Below are positions 18,501-25,141 of a DNA stretch of 63,820 bases, piece after piece. The number at the start of each line of letters is the position of its first letter. Position 1 is the first letter of the stretch. The translations under genes and the position numbers were made by a program. The stretch lies in the IMG/VR virus record IMGVR_UViG_3300034760_000013, positions 1 to 63,820 of that record. One strand, 5' to 3'. The notes under the pieces were generated by a model. That model made no database searches and was not told where the DNA came from. It saw only the letters and a program-made list of their open reading frames with translations. This stretch comes from a virus.

Positions 18501-19004
18501 CCGTCGGGTATCAAGGAAGTGCTCGGCCCTGCACCTGCAGGCGGCAAGATCGGCCTGGGGGCGCCGATCGGTACACAGGACGCAATGCGCGGCATTGCCG
18601 GCTTTGCTGCTGGCGGCCCGCTTGGCGCGCTCATCTCAGCTCTCGGCCCTCGCGTCGTGGGAAGCCTGATTAACGCATTCCAGGGTGGTCCCGCAGCGGC
18701 CGGCCCAGCCCCGTCACCTGAAGCCGTCGCCGCAGCTTTGGCCGCGGCCGGAATGTCGGCCACGCAGGCCGGACCAAGCAGCGCCATCGGCGGTGGCTGG
18801 CGCGTGACCAACAGCGATGGCGTCAGCGCCGGCTACGGCACCGGCGGCTATGGCGCCGGCGGCGAACACGGAGGCCTGGGGGGCCTTTCGGGGCCGAATG
18901 CCGGCTCGGGAATGGGCGGAACCGCCACCGGAATGGGAGCCACGACCGATACTGGCGGGCACCGCGGCAGCTCGGGAATGGGCGCCATTGGATCCATGGA
19001 TTGA
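15570..19004 (+). CDS. Virion-associated lysozyme (GH24) plus peptidoglycan-binding domain, with about 850 aa of Pro/Ala-rich low complexity and a Gly-rich tail
   Basis: N-terminus YESFRTNAYQDGGGVWTIGFGTT is T4/lambda-type lysozyme. LQQKLNELGYSVTVDGVYGEETKKAVETVQ is PG_binding_1-like. The rest is A/P-rich. Confidence 0.8.
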   Translation: MGINSYRTTSPEGRDAIKNYESFRTNAYQDGGGVWTIGFGTTRYADGTKVKPGDKITPEEAEAAFAADLAAHEQQIKDINMNLTQPQFDALASLTYNLGPAAFDKYPSLGEAIANNDKEALLAAFDKFTYDNGQQVKGLANRRNAEQAMFTSPLDIAQSPEARPSLAQPQMDLVAGEAGPQVTALQQKLNELGYSVTVDGVYGEETKKAVETVQAQLGLSPTGGAIADVATLNAIDTQGPVAPMVAPEEALVAVNAPDPLAVGIAAPAPNAPFGFEQQMAELGLPAGAPVPAMETLTAYTGAPDPATLGPAPDTSLPAPVADFADAIRTRVPEMTMGTPVPAPSPLSPVSSVQATPVGPAPSAAVVAATAAAPVDAPAPLSGLDPAASIMGSPAPAAMAGTEVPSLDPTAGAPAPTPSSSVLSSFAPSVASPNRGPLGALSQPDSLDAQPAPGAPAPAPTAETLGAFNSRMDSRVEKLGLAGDQLRAEHEKMFSQPAPTTTPGAPAPSAAVTNSFNSQTSPAAGALGAMDPVSDITAMTDPNMGTMPAAPATAAPAPSAAVMSSGTSTAWGGQEAPAEGPSTGGMPTGDQAASLAEFTEQMDANMAGLQDKVDDVKVDQFGLFGGVSQPGAPVTGPIDTPAPVAAEGPGMQLTAIDAPDPVDAPAPSNPVDAPAGIMGAAAPAPSSPVGPAASLVGTEVSAPEAPTPTAPAPSAEVIGDNPGYTPGPSPDFSAPSSPSPDPGVVDDVVADTPLAADMAGPAVPGLDTAAAAAATSLAGMPSAAPTPSAAVLSTPTESISATPASPDFGPEAPAPGSFTVDTGLAPKGDLPAGLLADAPAPAPAPAQVEAPALAATPGPASLPGAPAAATPDERLSRMPTAPAAEVELVDDDAPTPQVAPAPAAPAPTEVGPITMDTAPAVTGPGAPPAPAVTKVAPETPAAPNPAPEPSVAPAAPAPAVPDETVAPAPSPDVVKGPLPSGIKEVLGPAPAGGKIGLGAPIGTQDAMRGIAGFAAGGPLGALISALGPRVVGSLINAFQGGPAAAGPAPSPEAVAAALAAAGMSATQAGPSSAIGGGWRVTNSDGVSAGYGTGGYGAGGEHGGLGGLSGPNAGSGMGGTATGMGATTDTGGHRGSSGMGAIGSMD

Positions 19005-19014
19005 GGAGGAAAAC

Positions 19015-19233
19015 GTGAGGATTATTCGCGACTGGCGAACCGTTCTGGGCAAGGCATGGTCGGTACGCTTCATCATTCTGGCCGGCATTCTGACTGGCCT
19101 CGAGGTGGCGCTCCCTTTTTTGGAGTTCGCCGTGCCGCCGGGGCTGTTCGCCCTGATGTCGGGCGCGGCCACCGCAGCAGCCCTGATCGCCCGGTTCACA
19201 GCCCAGCGCGGCATAGCGGAGGGACCACGATGA
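19015..19233 (+). CDS. Holin (two-TMD, pinholin-like)
   Basis: GTG start after GGAGGA. 72 aa with two hydrophobic helices (FIILAGILTGLEVALPFL and LFALMSGAATAAALIARF). Immediately upstream of a SAR endolysin, overlapping its start by 4 nt (ATGA). Confidence 0.7.
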   Translation: MRIIRDWRTVLGKAWSVRFIILAGILTGLEVALPFLEFAVPPGLFALMSGAATAAALIARFTAQRGIAEGPR

Positions 19234-19700
19234 TACGCATGCCCAGCCGCACCCGGCTCAAGAAGGGTGCTGCAATCACCGCCATCCTGATCACCACGGT
19301 CGGCGCCTTCGAGGGCCTGCGCCTGGCCGCCTATCGCGACCCAGTCGGTATCCCGACGATCTGCTTCGGCGAAACCAAGGGCGTGCGCATGGGTCAGAAG
19401 AAGACCCGTGCCGAGTGCGACGCCATGCTGCTCAACAGCCTGATCGAGCACGAGCAGGGCATGATGCGCTGCCTGCCTGCCGGCCTGCCGGACAAGGTGC
19501 ATGGGGCCATGGTCTCGGTCACTTACAACATCGGCGTCGGCGCCTTCTGCAAGAGCTCCATGTCGCGCCTGGCGCGTGCTGGGGATCTGCGCGGCGCCTG
19601 CAACGCCCTACTGAAATGGGACAAGGCCGGCGGCCGCCGCTTGCCAGGTCTTACCCGTCGGCGCCGAGAGGAGCGGGCCATGTGCCTGGCTGGACTATGA
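19230..19700 (+). CDS. SAR (signal-anchor-release) endolysin, GH24 lysozyme
   Basis: MIRMPSRTRLKKGAAITAILITTVGAFEGLRLAAYRDPVGIPTICFGET has a weakly hydrophobic Gly/Ala/Thr-rich N-terminal helix running straight into the catalytic E-x8-D-x5-T lysozyme motif. Confidence 0.85.
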   Translation: MIRMPSRTRLKKGAAITAILITTVGAFEGLRLAAYRDPVGIPTICFGETKGVRMGQKKTRAECDAMLLNSLIEHEQGMMRCLPAGLPDKVHGAMVSVTYNIGVGAFCKSSMSRLARAGDLRGACNALLKWDKAGGRRLPGLTRRRREERAMCLAGL

Positions 19701-20101
19701 TCGGCGTCATCGCCCTCTGGCGTCTCCGCAACCTGGTCGGCATCGGCCTGGTCATCCTGGCGATCGCCGGTGGCGTGTTCTGGGCCAAGGCCTGGCACGC
19801 CAAGCAACTCCGCACGGCCTACATCGCCGGCGAGGCGGCTGAGGCGCGCCTGTGGAACGCCAAAGTCGCGGCGGCTCGTATCGAGCGCGCCATGTTGAAG
19901 AGGCGGGCGCAGGAGCAGATCGCGGCCCTGGAGCTGGATCGAATCGAGCAGGAGGAGCATGCAGCGATCGAGCAAGAGGAGCTGCGCCATGAACTCGACA
20001 AAGCCCTGGCTAAGGCCGACGCTGCTTTCCGCGCCTGCCGCGTTCCTGATGCTATCTTGCAGCCACTCAGGAGACAGAAGCGCTCCGGTCGAGGCGGCTA
20101 G
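19697..20101 (+). CDS. i-spanin (Rz-like)
   Basis: ATGA overlap with the endolysin. N-terminal TM (LVGIGLVILAIAGGVFW) followed by a charged coiled coil. Confidence 0.75.
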   Translation: MIGVIALWRLRNLVGIGLVILAIAGGVFWAKAWHAKQLRTAYIAGEAAEARLWNAKVAAARIERAMLKRRAQEQIAALELDRIEQEEHAAIEQEELRHELDKALAKADAAFRACRVPDAILQPLRRQKRSGRGG

Positions 20102-20351
20102 TCTCGCCGAAATACCACCGGCGCTGATGCGCACCTGCCGCGGGCCCAGCGACATTCCGAATGGCTCTTTAAGTTCCGAGGAATCTGTTATTATCTGGCA
20201 GGCGGATCGCGCGCTGCTCCTCGAGTGCCAGCGATCCAAGTCATCTCTCGTCCATGCCGTCAAAACCCGCGACCGCATACAGGACAGAGCAGATGCGCCT
20301 ATTCCTAATCGGACTGATGATCCTCGCCTCAACAGCGGTTGGAGCGACTGA
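19989..20351 (+). CDS. o-spanin candidate (Rz1-like lipoprotein), overlapped architecture
   Basis: It starts in an alternative frame inside the i-spanin gene and extends beyond it. Signal plus lipobox-like AAFLMLSC|S. The lipobox is imperfect. Confidence 0.55.
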   Translation: MNSTKPWLRPTLLSAPAAFLMLSCSHSGDRSAPVEAASLAEIPPALMRTCRGPSDIPNGSLSSEESVIIWQADRALLLECQRSKSSLVHAVKTRDRIQDRADAPIPNRTDDPRLNSGWSD

Positions 20352-21045
20352 TCTCACCAAGCTCAACGACCAGGCCTTGGCTCCCGTCTGGCAGCTCAAC
20401 CGCACCTGCTCCTCCAGCGTAATCTACAGCCACCGCGATCAGAAGACCGGCAAGGTCGAGACACTGATCCTCACCGCCAAGCATTGCATCGAAGGCGCTG
20501 AGGGCACGGGCCACACCGTCTACCAGCAGGCCTACCAGGCCAATCGCCTCGTCTCCGAAGTGGCCTACAAGGCCAAGGTCAAAGCCAAGGACTATGCCTC
20601 TGACCTGGCGCTTCTCGTCCTCGTTGACGAACAGACCCTCATCGAAAAGACCGTGAAGCTCGCTGCCGGGGATCTAGCCTACATCCAGGGCGAAGATGCT
20701 GTCGCAGTCGGCTATTCCAAAGGCCTGTCACGCACAGCCACGGCCGGCATGCTCGGCCCGATGGAGAGCGTCCCCTTCCCGGTAGCAGGCAAGGACAGTG
20801 AATATCTCCGCGCCAGCCCCCAAATAGCTGGTGGGAATAGCGGCGGCGCCCTGTTCCACATCAACGCCGCTGGTGACTACGAGCAACTTGCCGTCGCCAC
20901 CGCAGTTATCCCCGCAAGTGACTTCATGGGCTATTGGACCCACTTCGCGGAGATCGACAAATTTCTACGACGGGTAGCCCCTCAGATGTACCCAGCCGCC
21001 CCAGCCCCAGGGAAGGTTGGTTCGGTCGCCTCAGAAGGACGGTGA
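20293..21045 (+). CDS. Secreted trypsin-like (S1 family) serine protease
   Basis: Signal peptide MRLFLIGLMILASTAVGA. Catalytic triad contexts TAKHC, DLALLVL and GNSGGALF. Confidence 0.8.
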   Translation: MRLFLIGLMILASTAVGATDLTKLNDQALAPVWQLNRTCSSSVIYSHRDQKTGKVETLILTAKHCIEGAEGTGHTVYQQAYQANRLVSEVAYKAKVKAKDYASDLALLVLVDEQTLIEKTVKLAAGDLAYIQGEDAVAVGYSKGLSRTATAGMLGPMESVPFPVAGKDSEYLRASPQIAGGNSGGALFHINAAGDYEQLAVATAVIPASDFMGYWTHFAEIDKFLRRVAPQMYPAAPAPGKVGSVASEGR

Positions 21046-21338
21046 GCGACGGGTCGCGCAGTGGCGTCTTCAACCCGCTCCAGATCGACTGGAAGGTGTC
21101 TGTCGTTGTGCTCATCGGGATGGGGGTCTCTGTGATTGGCTACGCCTATTCGATAGGTGGCCAGGTTCATGGGATGCGGGTTGAGGTGTCGCGCAACACC
21201 TCCAGGCTGGATCAGCAGCAGCAGAATATTAGCGCTGACCATGACATCCTGATTGACGTGCAGGCGCGGCTCCGGGCGTCCGAGAGCCGGGCCGAGCGCA
21301 TTGAGAGCAAACTCGACCAGCTCCTTGAGCGGCGCTGA
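21042..21338 (+). CDS. Membrane-anchored coiled-coil protein (end of lysis module)
   Basis: GTG start overlaps the protease stop. TM VSVVVLIGMGVSVIGYAY followed by a Q/R-rich helix. Confidence 0.5.
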   Translation: MSDGSRSGVFNPLQIDWKVSVVVLIGMGVSVIGYAYSIGGQVHGMRVEVSRNTSRLDQQQQNISADHDILIDVQARLRASESRAERIESKLDQLLERR

Positions 21339-21342
21339 CAGC

Positions 21343-21579
21343 TCACGCGCCCTCCGCCCGGGTCGCCAGGAGATCGAGGCGCTTCTGAACCGAACTCTTG
21401 CGTCTGCCGACAGCAACCGCGACGGCAGCGAGAGAAAGGCCAGCGATGCGCATCCGCTCAATCTCACGATCTTCGTCGGCCGAGAACCGCCGCATGGTCC
21501 GCGTGCGGCCGGCAGCGTCCGTGTAGCTCATGGGGCCATGCGCCATGTCTCGCTCGCCGGTGATGAGGTGGTTGGTCAT
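21343..21579 (-). CDS. Small Myb/sigma-region-4-like HTH protein
   Basis: ATGA overlap with the upstream DUF1376 gene. FSADEDREIERMRIAGLSLAAVAVAVGRRKSSVQKRL is HTH-like. Confidence 0.55.
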   Translation of the reverse strand: MTNHLITGERDMAHGPMSYTDAAGRTRTMRRFSADEDREIERMRIAGLSLAAVAVAVGRRKSSVQKRLDLLATRAEGA

Positions 21580-22169
21580 GATTGCGCTCCCAGATCCCGA
21601 ACCCAAGATTCACGAAACCACCATGAGCCGCTAGGTGGGGCTCTCTGCCCATGCTCGTCGCTCCAGCGCTTCCGAAGCGCAGCCCATCGAGGGTCGTACG
21701 GCTGCACCTCAATCAGCCGCTCTTCCCCTTCCTCTTTCTTGCCCCCCAAATTTCTTTCTTTTTCTTTCTTTAAATGTGGTTGTGGTTGGTTAAGCCGGGC
21801 TTCGCTTTTGCTTGGCAGTTTGCTTAAGCCGGGCTTAAGCATTGCTTGGGAATTTCCCTTTTGTTTTCCGCCCTTTGCCCCGGCAGCGGCTCTTTTGGCG
21901 TATTTTTCCTGCGCGGATTTGAGCTCCTCGTCGATCCGCTTGTGTCGCCATTTCGCGTCGAAGAAGGAAGCAATGCTTGGCCGCGTTTCGGCCCATTCTT
22001 CGGGCGTCATCCGCACAATACGCGCGAGCTGGCGATCGTCCTTTGGAAGGCCGTCGTGCTGCCAATAATGGAAGATCAAAAGCAGGTAGGCGCCGTGCTC
22101 GGCCGGCCCCAAGTGTCCAGTGTCGGCTAGGTAGTCACCGACGTAAAATGCCATCCAAGGCCGCTTCAT
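21576..22169 (-). CDS. DUF1376 (YdaU-like) replication-associated protein
   Basis: N-terminus PWMAFYVGDYLADTGHLGPAEHGAYLLLIFHYWQHDGLPKDDRQLARI is the DUF1376 signature. The Lys/Glu-rich linker coincides with an AT-rich repeat region. Confidence 0.8.
   Translation of the reverse strand: MKRPWMAFYVGDYLADTGHLGPAEHGAYLLLIFHYWQHDGLPKDDRQLARIVRMTPEEWAETRPSIASFFDAKWRHKRIDEELKSAQEKYAKRAAAGAKGGKQKGNSQAMLKPGLSKLPSKSEARLNQPQPHLKKEKERNLGGKKEEGEERLIEVQPYDPRWAALRKRWSDEHGQRAPPSGSWWFRESWVRDLGAQS
21790..21857. repeat. Two tandem imperfect 34-bp direct repeats next to a pyrimidine/AT-rich tract (candidate origin iterons) inside the DUF1376 gene
   Basis: TTAAGCCGGGCTT at 21790 and 21824. TTGCTTGG at 21808 and 21842. 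Preceded by a CT/AT-rich stretch at 21722-21789. Confidence 0.5.
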
Positions 22170-22341
22170 CTTCTTGCCTCCTCAGGCGACAGCACTCCGC
22201 CACGACGTGCTGTGTGATCGTTCTTTCCCGAGCCGCCGCTTCCGCGATGATCTGCTGGATCTGCTCGGGCGTAAGTCTGAGCTGCAGCACCCGCGTCTCG
22301 CGGGCGCGCCTGTGTCTGCGTGCCTCTGCCGCCGGTGTCAT
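22135..22341 (-). CDS. Ribbon-helix-helix (CopG/MobC-like) protein
   Basis: 68 aa. Basic N-terminus followed by VLQLRLTPEQIQQIIAEAAARERTITQHV. ATGA coupling to the upstream gene. Confidence 0.55.
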   Translation of the reverse strand: MTPAAEARRHRRARETRVLQLRLTPEQIQQIIAEAAARERTITQHVVAECCRLRRQEDEAALDGILRR

Positions 22342-22673
22342 GCGGCCAGCCGGTGCATGCGGTAGTGGCCATGCCGTCGGCTCCCCTTACCGAAGCCCCT
22401 AATGGTGAGCCCGTGAGGCTGCAGGAGGCTTCGGAGCTGGCAGGCGTAGACCTTTAGGGAAGCGCGAGCCGAAAGCGGTCCCGCCTCCGGTCCTGGCCAA
22501 AGGACGCTCTGCAAAAGGTCGGTCGATACGTCCCGGCCGAAGTTCGCCGCCAGAACGCGAGCCATAATGAACGGCAGGCCGGAGATCCCCAGAAACTCGA
22601 CGATGCGATAGGGATCCAGGGAAGCCGCTGGGGTAGCCAGTTCCTGACCGCAGCAGGGGCAGCGCGCGGTCAC
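22338..22673 (-). CDS. Zinc-ribbon plus winged-helix (OmpR/trans_reg_C-like) DNA-binding protein
   Basis: CPCCGQEL at the N-terminus. C-terminal [30 protein letters not shown] resembles the OmpR-type wHTH. Confidence 0.55.
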   Translation of the reverse strand: MTARCPCCGQELATPAASLDPYRIVEFLGISGLPFIMARVLAANFGRDVSTDLLQSVLWPGPEAGPLSARASLKVYACQLRSLLQPHGLTIRGFGKGSRRHGHYRMHRLAA

Positions 22674-22924
22674 AGCGGCAGCTCCGGCTGGAGCATGCCG
22701 AGCTCGCGCAGATATGCGTCGAGGACCGCCTCTGCCTCCTCGCGCGCAGCCTTGTCCAATTTTCGCAGCTTGAGCACCTGGCGCATGATCGGAACCTGGA
22801 AGCCCGATCCCTTGGCCTCTGCGAAGACGTCGCGGATGTCGTCCGCGAGCCCCTTCTTCTCCTCCTCCAGGCGCTCGATGCGTTCGATGTACGAGCGGAG
22901 TTGACCGTTGGTGCCGGCGCTCAT
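22670..22924 (-). CDS. gapR: GapR-like nucleoid-associated protein (DUF2312)
   Basis: [51 protein letters not shown]...LDAYLRELG aligns closely with Caulobacter GapR. Confidence 0.85.
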   Translation of the reverse strand: MSAGTNGQLRSYIERIERLEEEKKGLADDIRDVFAEAKGSGFQVPIMRQVLKLRKLDKAAREEAEAVLDAYLRELGMLQPELPL

Positions 22925-23691
22925 GCTGCCCTCGCTTTGGTCTGGACGGCCGCGAGCACGGCCGCTGCGACAGCGCGACCCATGGCCAACGGAACGCCGT
23001 TGCCGATGCCTGTTTTCAATGCCTTTGCGGTGAAAGCGCCATGCTCTCGCAAAGCATCGAGAACCGCCGTTGCGCCCTGTAGTTCGGCCATTCTGTCGAG
23101 GCTTTCCGCGCCATATCCCCTGTTCAGTGAGGAGGTTCGGCCGCCGCTTTCGTTGGGGCGTCGCTTTGGCTTACCCGAGCCCCCGAGTGCCACCGGGCGT
23201 CGGCGCATATCGCAAGTCACGGCCGGCTCGCCGCTGATGGCGTGGAGCGCAAGAGTCTCTATTTGTAATCGGCGACCGTCCGGTGTCCCGAGGCTAAACC
23301 GCCGGACCCGCTCGGTTAGACCACCACACCACAAGTCCCTGACAACCGCCTCGCGAACGATATAGCCCTCCGCGATGGGAGTAGGCGCGTGCGGGACATT
23401 CTCCATGAGAAACCAAAGCGGCCGCGCTGCTGCGACCACGCGCTCGTATTCTGGGATGAGGTTTGGGGCGGTCTGAAACCCGTTGGCTTCAACGATGTGC
23501 CGGAGCTGGGAGAATGCCTGGCACGGTGGGCCGCCGATCACGCCGTCGAAGCGCCCGGCCGGCGGGTGGAAGCGCCTGATGTCTCCGCCCCACAGCAGGT
23601 CAGGGCCGCGCACCACACAAAATCCCGCCTCCTCGAAGGCCATGTCGAGAAGCCCGATGCCGGGGAATAAGCTTAGGACCAGGCCGCTCAT
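22921..23691 (-). CDS. DNA (cytosine-5) methyltransferase
   Basis: Motif [10 protein letters not shown], motif [11 protein letters not shown], motif VI FLMENV, motif X GNGVP. Start chosen at MSGLV (ATGA overlap with the gcrA stop). Confidence 0.85.
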   Translation of the reverse strand: MSGLVLSLFPGIGLLDMAFEEAGFCVVRGPDLLWGGDIRRFHPPAGRFDGVIGGPPCQAFSQLRHIVEANGFQTAPNLIPEYERVVAAARPLWFLMENVPHAPTPIAEGYIVREAVVRDLWCGGLTERVRRFSLGTPDGRRLQIETLALHAISGEPAVTCDMRRRPVALGGSGKPKRRPNESGGRTSSLNRGYGAESLDRMAELQGATAVLDALREHGAFTAKALKTGIGNGVPLAMGRAVAAAVLAAVQTKARAA

Positions 23692-24146
23692 GGGCGTCTC
23701 CTCGGCGGTAGCGGCATGTGCGCGATCTCGTAATGGGTCTGGCAGTAGCCGCTCTTGGCGTTCAGCGGCGCGCCGCAGCACAGGCGCTTGTCGGCCGGCG
23801 TGCTCTCGATCCAAAGCGGCCAGGAGCATCCGGTCATGGTGGCGCGCGGAAACTGGATCGGCCTACTGTCTGGCGGCATGGCTGGAATGATCAAAGGCTT
23901 CGCCTCCCTGGCAAAGGCTGGCGGTTTCGGATCGCGTGGCGGCCTCTCACGAGGCTCTTTGCGTTTGCTGCGGACGATGACGGTGGGCGCGCCGCGGTTG
24001 CTCACCCCCAGACGATGCAGCTTGCCCAGCACGGCGCTGCGCGTGACGCCGCCAAGCACCTCGGCGATTTGCGAGGCGCTGCTACCTGCGCGCCAGAGCT
24101 GGAGTGTCAGCTCGATGCGCTCGGCCGTCCACACGGACGGCGGCAT
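23688..24146 (-). CDS. gcrA: GcrA-family cell-cycle transcriptional regulator homologue
   Basis: VWTAERIELTLQLWRAGSSASQIAEVLGGVTRSAVLGKLHRLG plus C-terminal CSWPLW...CCG...GYCQTHYEIAH match GcrA. The start is uncertain: the ORF extends to 24263. Confidence 0.85.
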   Translation of the reverse strand: MPPSVWTAERIELTLQLWRAGSSASQIAEVLGGVTRSAVLGKLHRLGVSNRGAPTVIVRSKRKEPRERPPRDPKPPAFAREAKPLIIPAMPPDSRPIQFPRATMTGCSWPLWIESTPADKRLCCGAPLNAKSGYCQTHYEIAHMPLPPRRRP

Positions 24147-24417
24147 TAGCGGCCGCGTTGGCGGCGAGCGCGATGGATACGACATGTGGATCATTGTCAT
24201 TGAGGGCCCCCGCCGGTGAAAATTCGACGGACGGGAGGATGCCAGGGAGGGGAACATCCTCACCGCCCGTCGTCACTGCGCGGGACTGGAGGTCGACGCG
24301 CAGGAACTGGCTCCAGAAAAGAGTGGCGAGGGCACGAAACCCCCGCCACCAAGTCGGGAGGAAGCCGTGTTTGCCGAAGGGAAGAGGCCCGACACGGCGG
24401 CGGATCTCGTTAGGCAT
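24082..24417 (-). CDS. Hypothetical protein (weak call)
   Basis: The ATG at 24417 overlaps the stop of the upstream small membrane gene by 8 nt. The tail overlaps the gcrA start by about 65 nt and looks low-complexity. Confidence 0.3.
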   Translation of the reverse strand: MPNEIRRRVGPLPFGKHGFLPTWWRGFRALATLFWSQFLRVDLQSRAVTTGGEDVPLPGILPSVEFSPAGALNDNDPHVVSIALAANAAANAAVRVDGRAHRADTPALARR

Positions 24418-24571
24418 GGTCGCGCTCTCGCTGTGAGCGGCGGCGGTCGGACCACTCGAAGCCAATGCCGAGCGCCAGGACGCAGGAGATCAGCGTGGTG
24501 GCGCCTACGACGGGGCCCCAGATGATCACCGCAGCCCATGCCTCGATGCCAAGAAGGATACCGATAGGCAT
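24410..24571 (-). CDS. Small (53 aa) membrane protein, not in the ORF track
   Basis: Manual translation gives MPIGILLGIEAWAAVIIWGPVVGATTLISCVLALGIGFEWSDRRRSQRERDHA: hydrophobic helices and a basic tail. It fills a gap in the operon. Confidence 0.5.
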   Translation of the reverse strand: MPIGILLGIEAWAAVIIWGPVVGATTLISCVLALGIGFEWSDRRRSQRERDHA

Positions 24572-24576
24572 GGCAC

Positions 24577-24840
24577 TTAGCCCTGCCGCCTAAGTGGCGG
24601 GAGCGGCTGCAGCTTGGGCGGGCCGATACCAATCGGGCAGAAGCGCCGGGCGATGACCGCGGCGGTCGTCCGCTCCAGGCCCAGGATCATCGCCTCCTGG
24701 GAAGCCTCAAGCTGCTCGACGCGGAGGTGATCGACGAAGGCCGTCAGGTCGTCCTCGAAGGCGGCCCAGAAGGCGTCCGGCATGCGGCGCGGGAAGGGAA
24801 CGATGGCGCCGCCGAAGTGGCAGGGAGAGGGGGTGTTCAT
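24577..24840 (-). CDS. Hypothetical early protein
   Basis: 87 aa. ATGA overlap with the cro-like stop. Coding-like composition. Confidence 0.55.
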   Translation of the reverse strand: MNTPSPCHFGGAIVPFPRRMPDAFWAAFEDDLTAFVDHLRVEQLEASQEAMILGLERTTAAVIARRFCPIGIGPPKLQPLPPLRRQG

Positions 24841-25046
24841 GCGGCCTGCTCCTTCGGTTTCACGAACTCGAAGTCGTTGGCCGTCACCGCTCCCTTGGTC
24901 TGCTCGATGATTGCTGCCAGCACATGCGGGCGGGGCAACCGCTGACCATTGGCGTAGCGGGAGATTGCGACCTGGGAGACGCCGATCTTCTGAGCGAAGG
25001 ATTCGTGCGTTTCACCGAGGGCTTCGAGATAATCTGAGAGCTTCAT
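24837..25046 (-). CDS. Cro-like XRE-family HTH regulator (probably leaderless)
   Basis: MKLSDYLEALGETHESFAQKIGVSQVAISRYANGQRLP. Divergent from the CI-like gene. No SD, and a -10-like TATACG ends 7 nt before the ATG. Confidence 0.75.
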   Translation of the reverse strand: MKLSDYLEALGETHESFAQKIGVSQVAISRYANGQRLPRPHVLAAIIEQTKGAVTANDFEFVKPKEQAA

Positions 25047-25053
25047 GTCGGGC

Positions 25054-25082
25054 CGTATACCAGTGTGGTATCGGCTTGACAA
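25054..25082 (-). promoter_or_regulatory. Candidate leftward early promoter (TTGTCA-N17-TATACG)
   Basis: Read on the minus strand. An operator palindrome sits between -35 and -10. Its -35 overlaps the TTGACA on the plus strand (25076-25081). Confidence 0.5.
25057..25071. promoter_or_regulatory. Operator palindrome ATACC-N5-GGTAT (copy 1)
   Basis: ATACCAGTGTGGTAT. Same half-sites as 25716 and 25741. Confidence 0.7.
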
Positions 25083-25091
25083 GTGCGTGAA

Positions 25092-25106
25092 ATACCGATT
25101 TGGTCT
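25092..25106. promoter_or_regulatory. Imperfect operator ATACC-N5-GGTCT
   Basis: ATACCGATTTGGTCT has one mismatch in the right half-site. It lies over the weak -10 region of the cI-side promoter. Confidence 0.45.
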
Positions 25107-25141
25107 TAGACCATGCGGCGCTTACAATTTATGCAAAGGGT

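Noticed and set aside
17735-18811. 358-aa minus-strand ORF (and 16463..17266, 18714..19502) opposite the lysozyme/Pro-Ala-rich gene
   Set aside because: They mirror the low-complexity GC-rich coding strand, reading Ala/Gly/Ser-rich nonsense. The plus-strand frame carries the lysozyme and PG-binding domains.
18817-19233. Long versions of the holin (18817..19233), endolysin (19056..19700) and i-spanin (19415..20101) ORFs
   Set aside because: The N-terminal extensions run through the preceding genes in other frames. Internal starts with an RBS or ATGA coupling give canonical holin, SAR-endolysin and spanin N-termini.
21253-22068. 271-aa plus-strand ORF across the 21.3-22.1 kb region
   Set aside because: It is antisense to the DUF1376 and Myb-like genes, with a Ser/Arg/Leu/Phe-rich translation and no motifs.
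23688-24263. Full-length 191-aa version of the gcrA ORF
   Set aside because: GcrA homologues start a few residues before the W-T-x-E-R motif. The upstream 39 codons are Ser/Pro/Arg-rich and would overlap the preceding gene extensively, so the start at 24146 is preferred.
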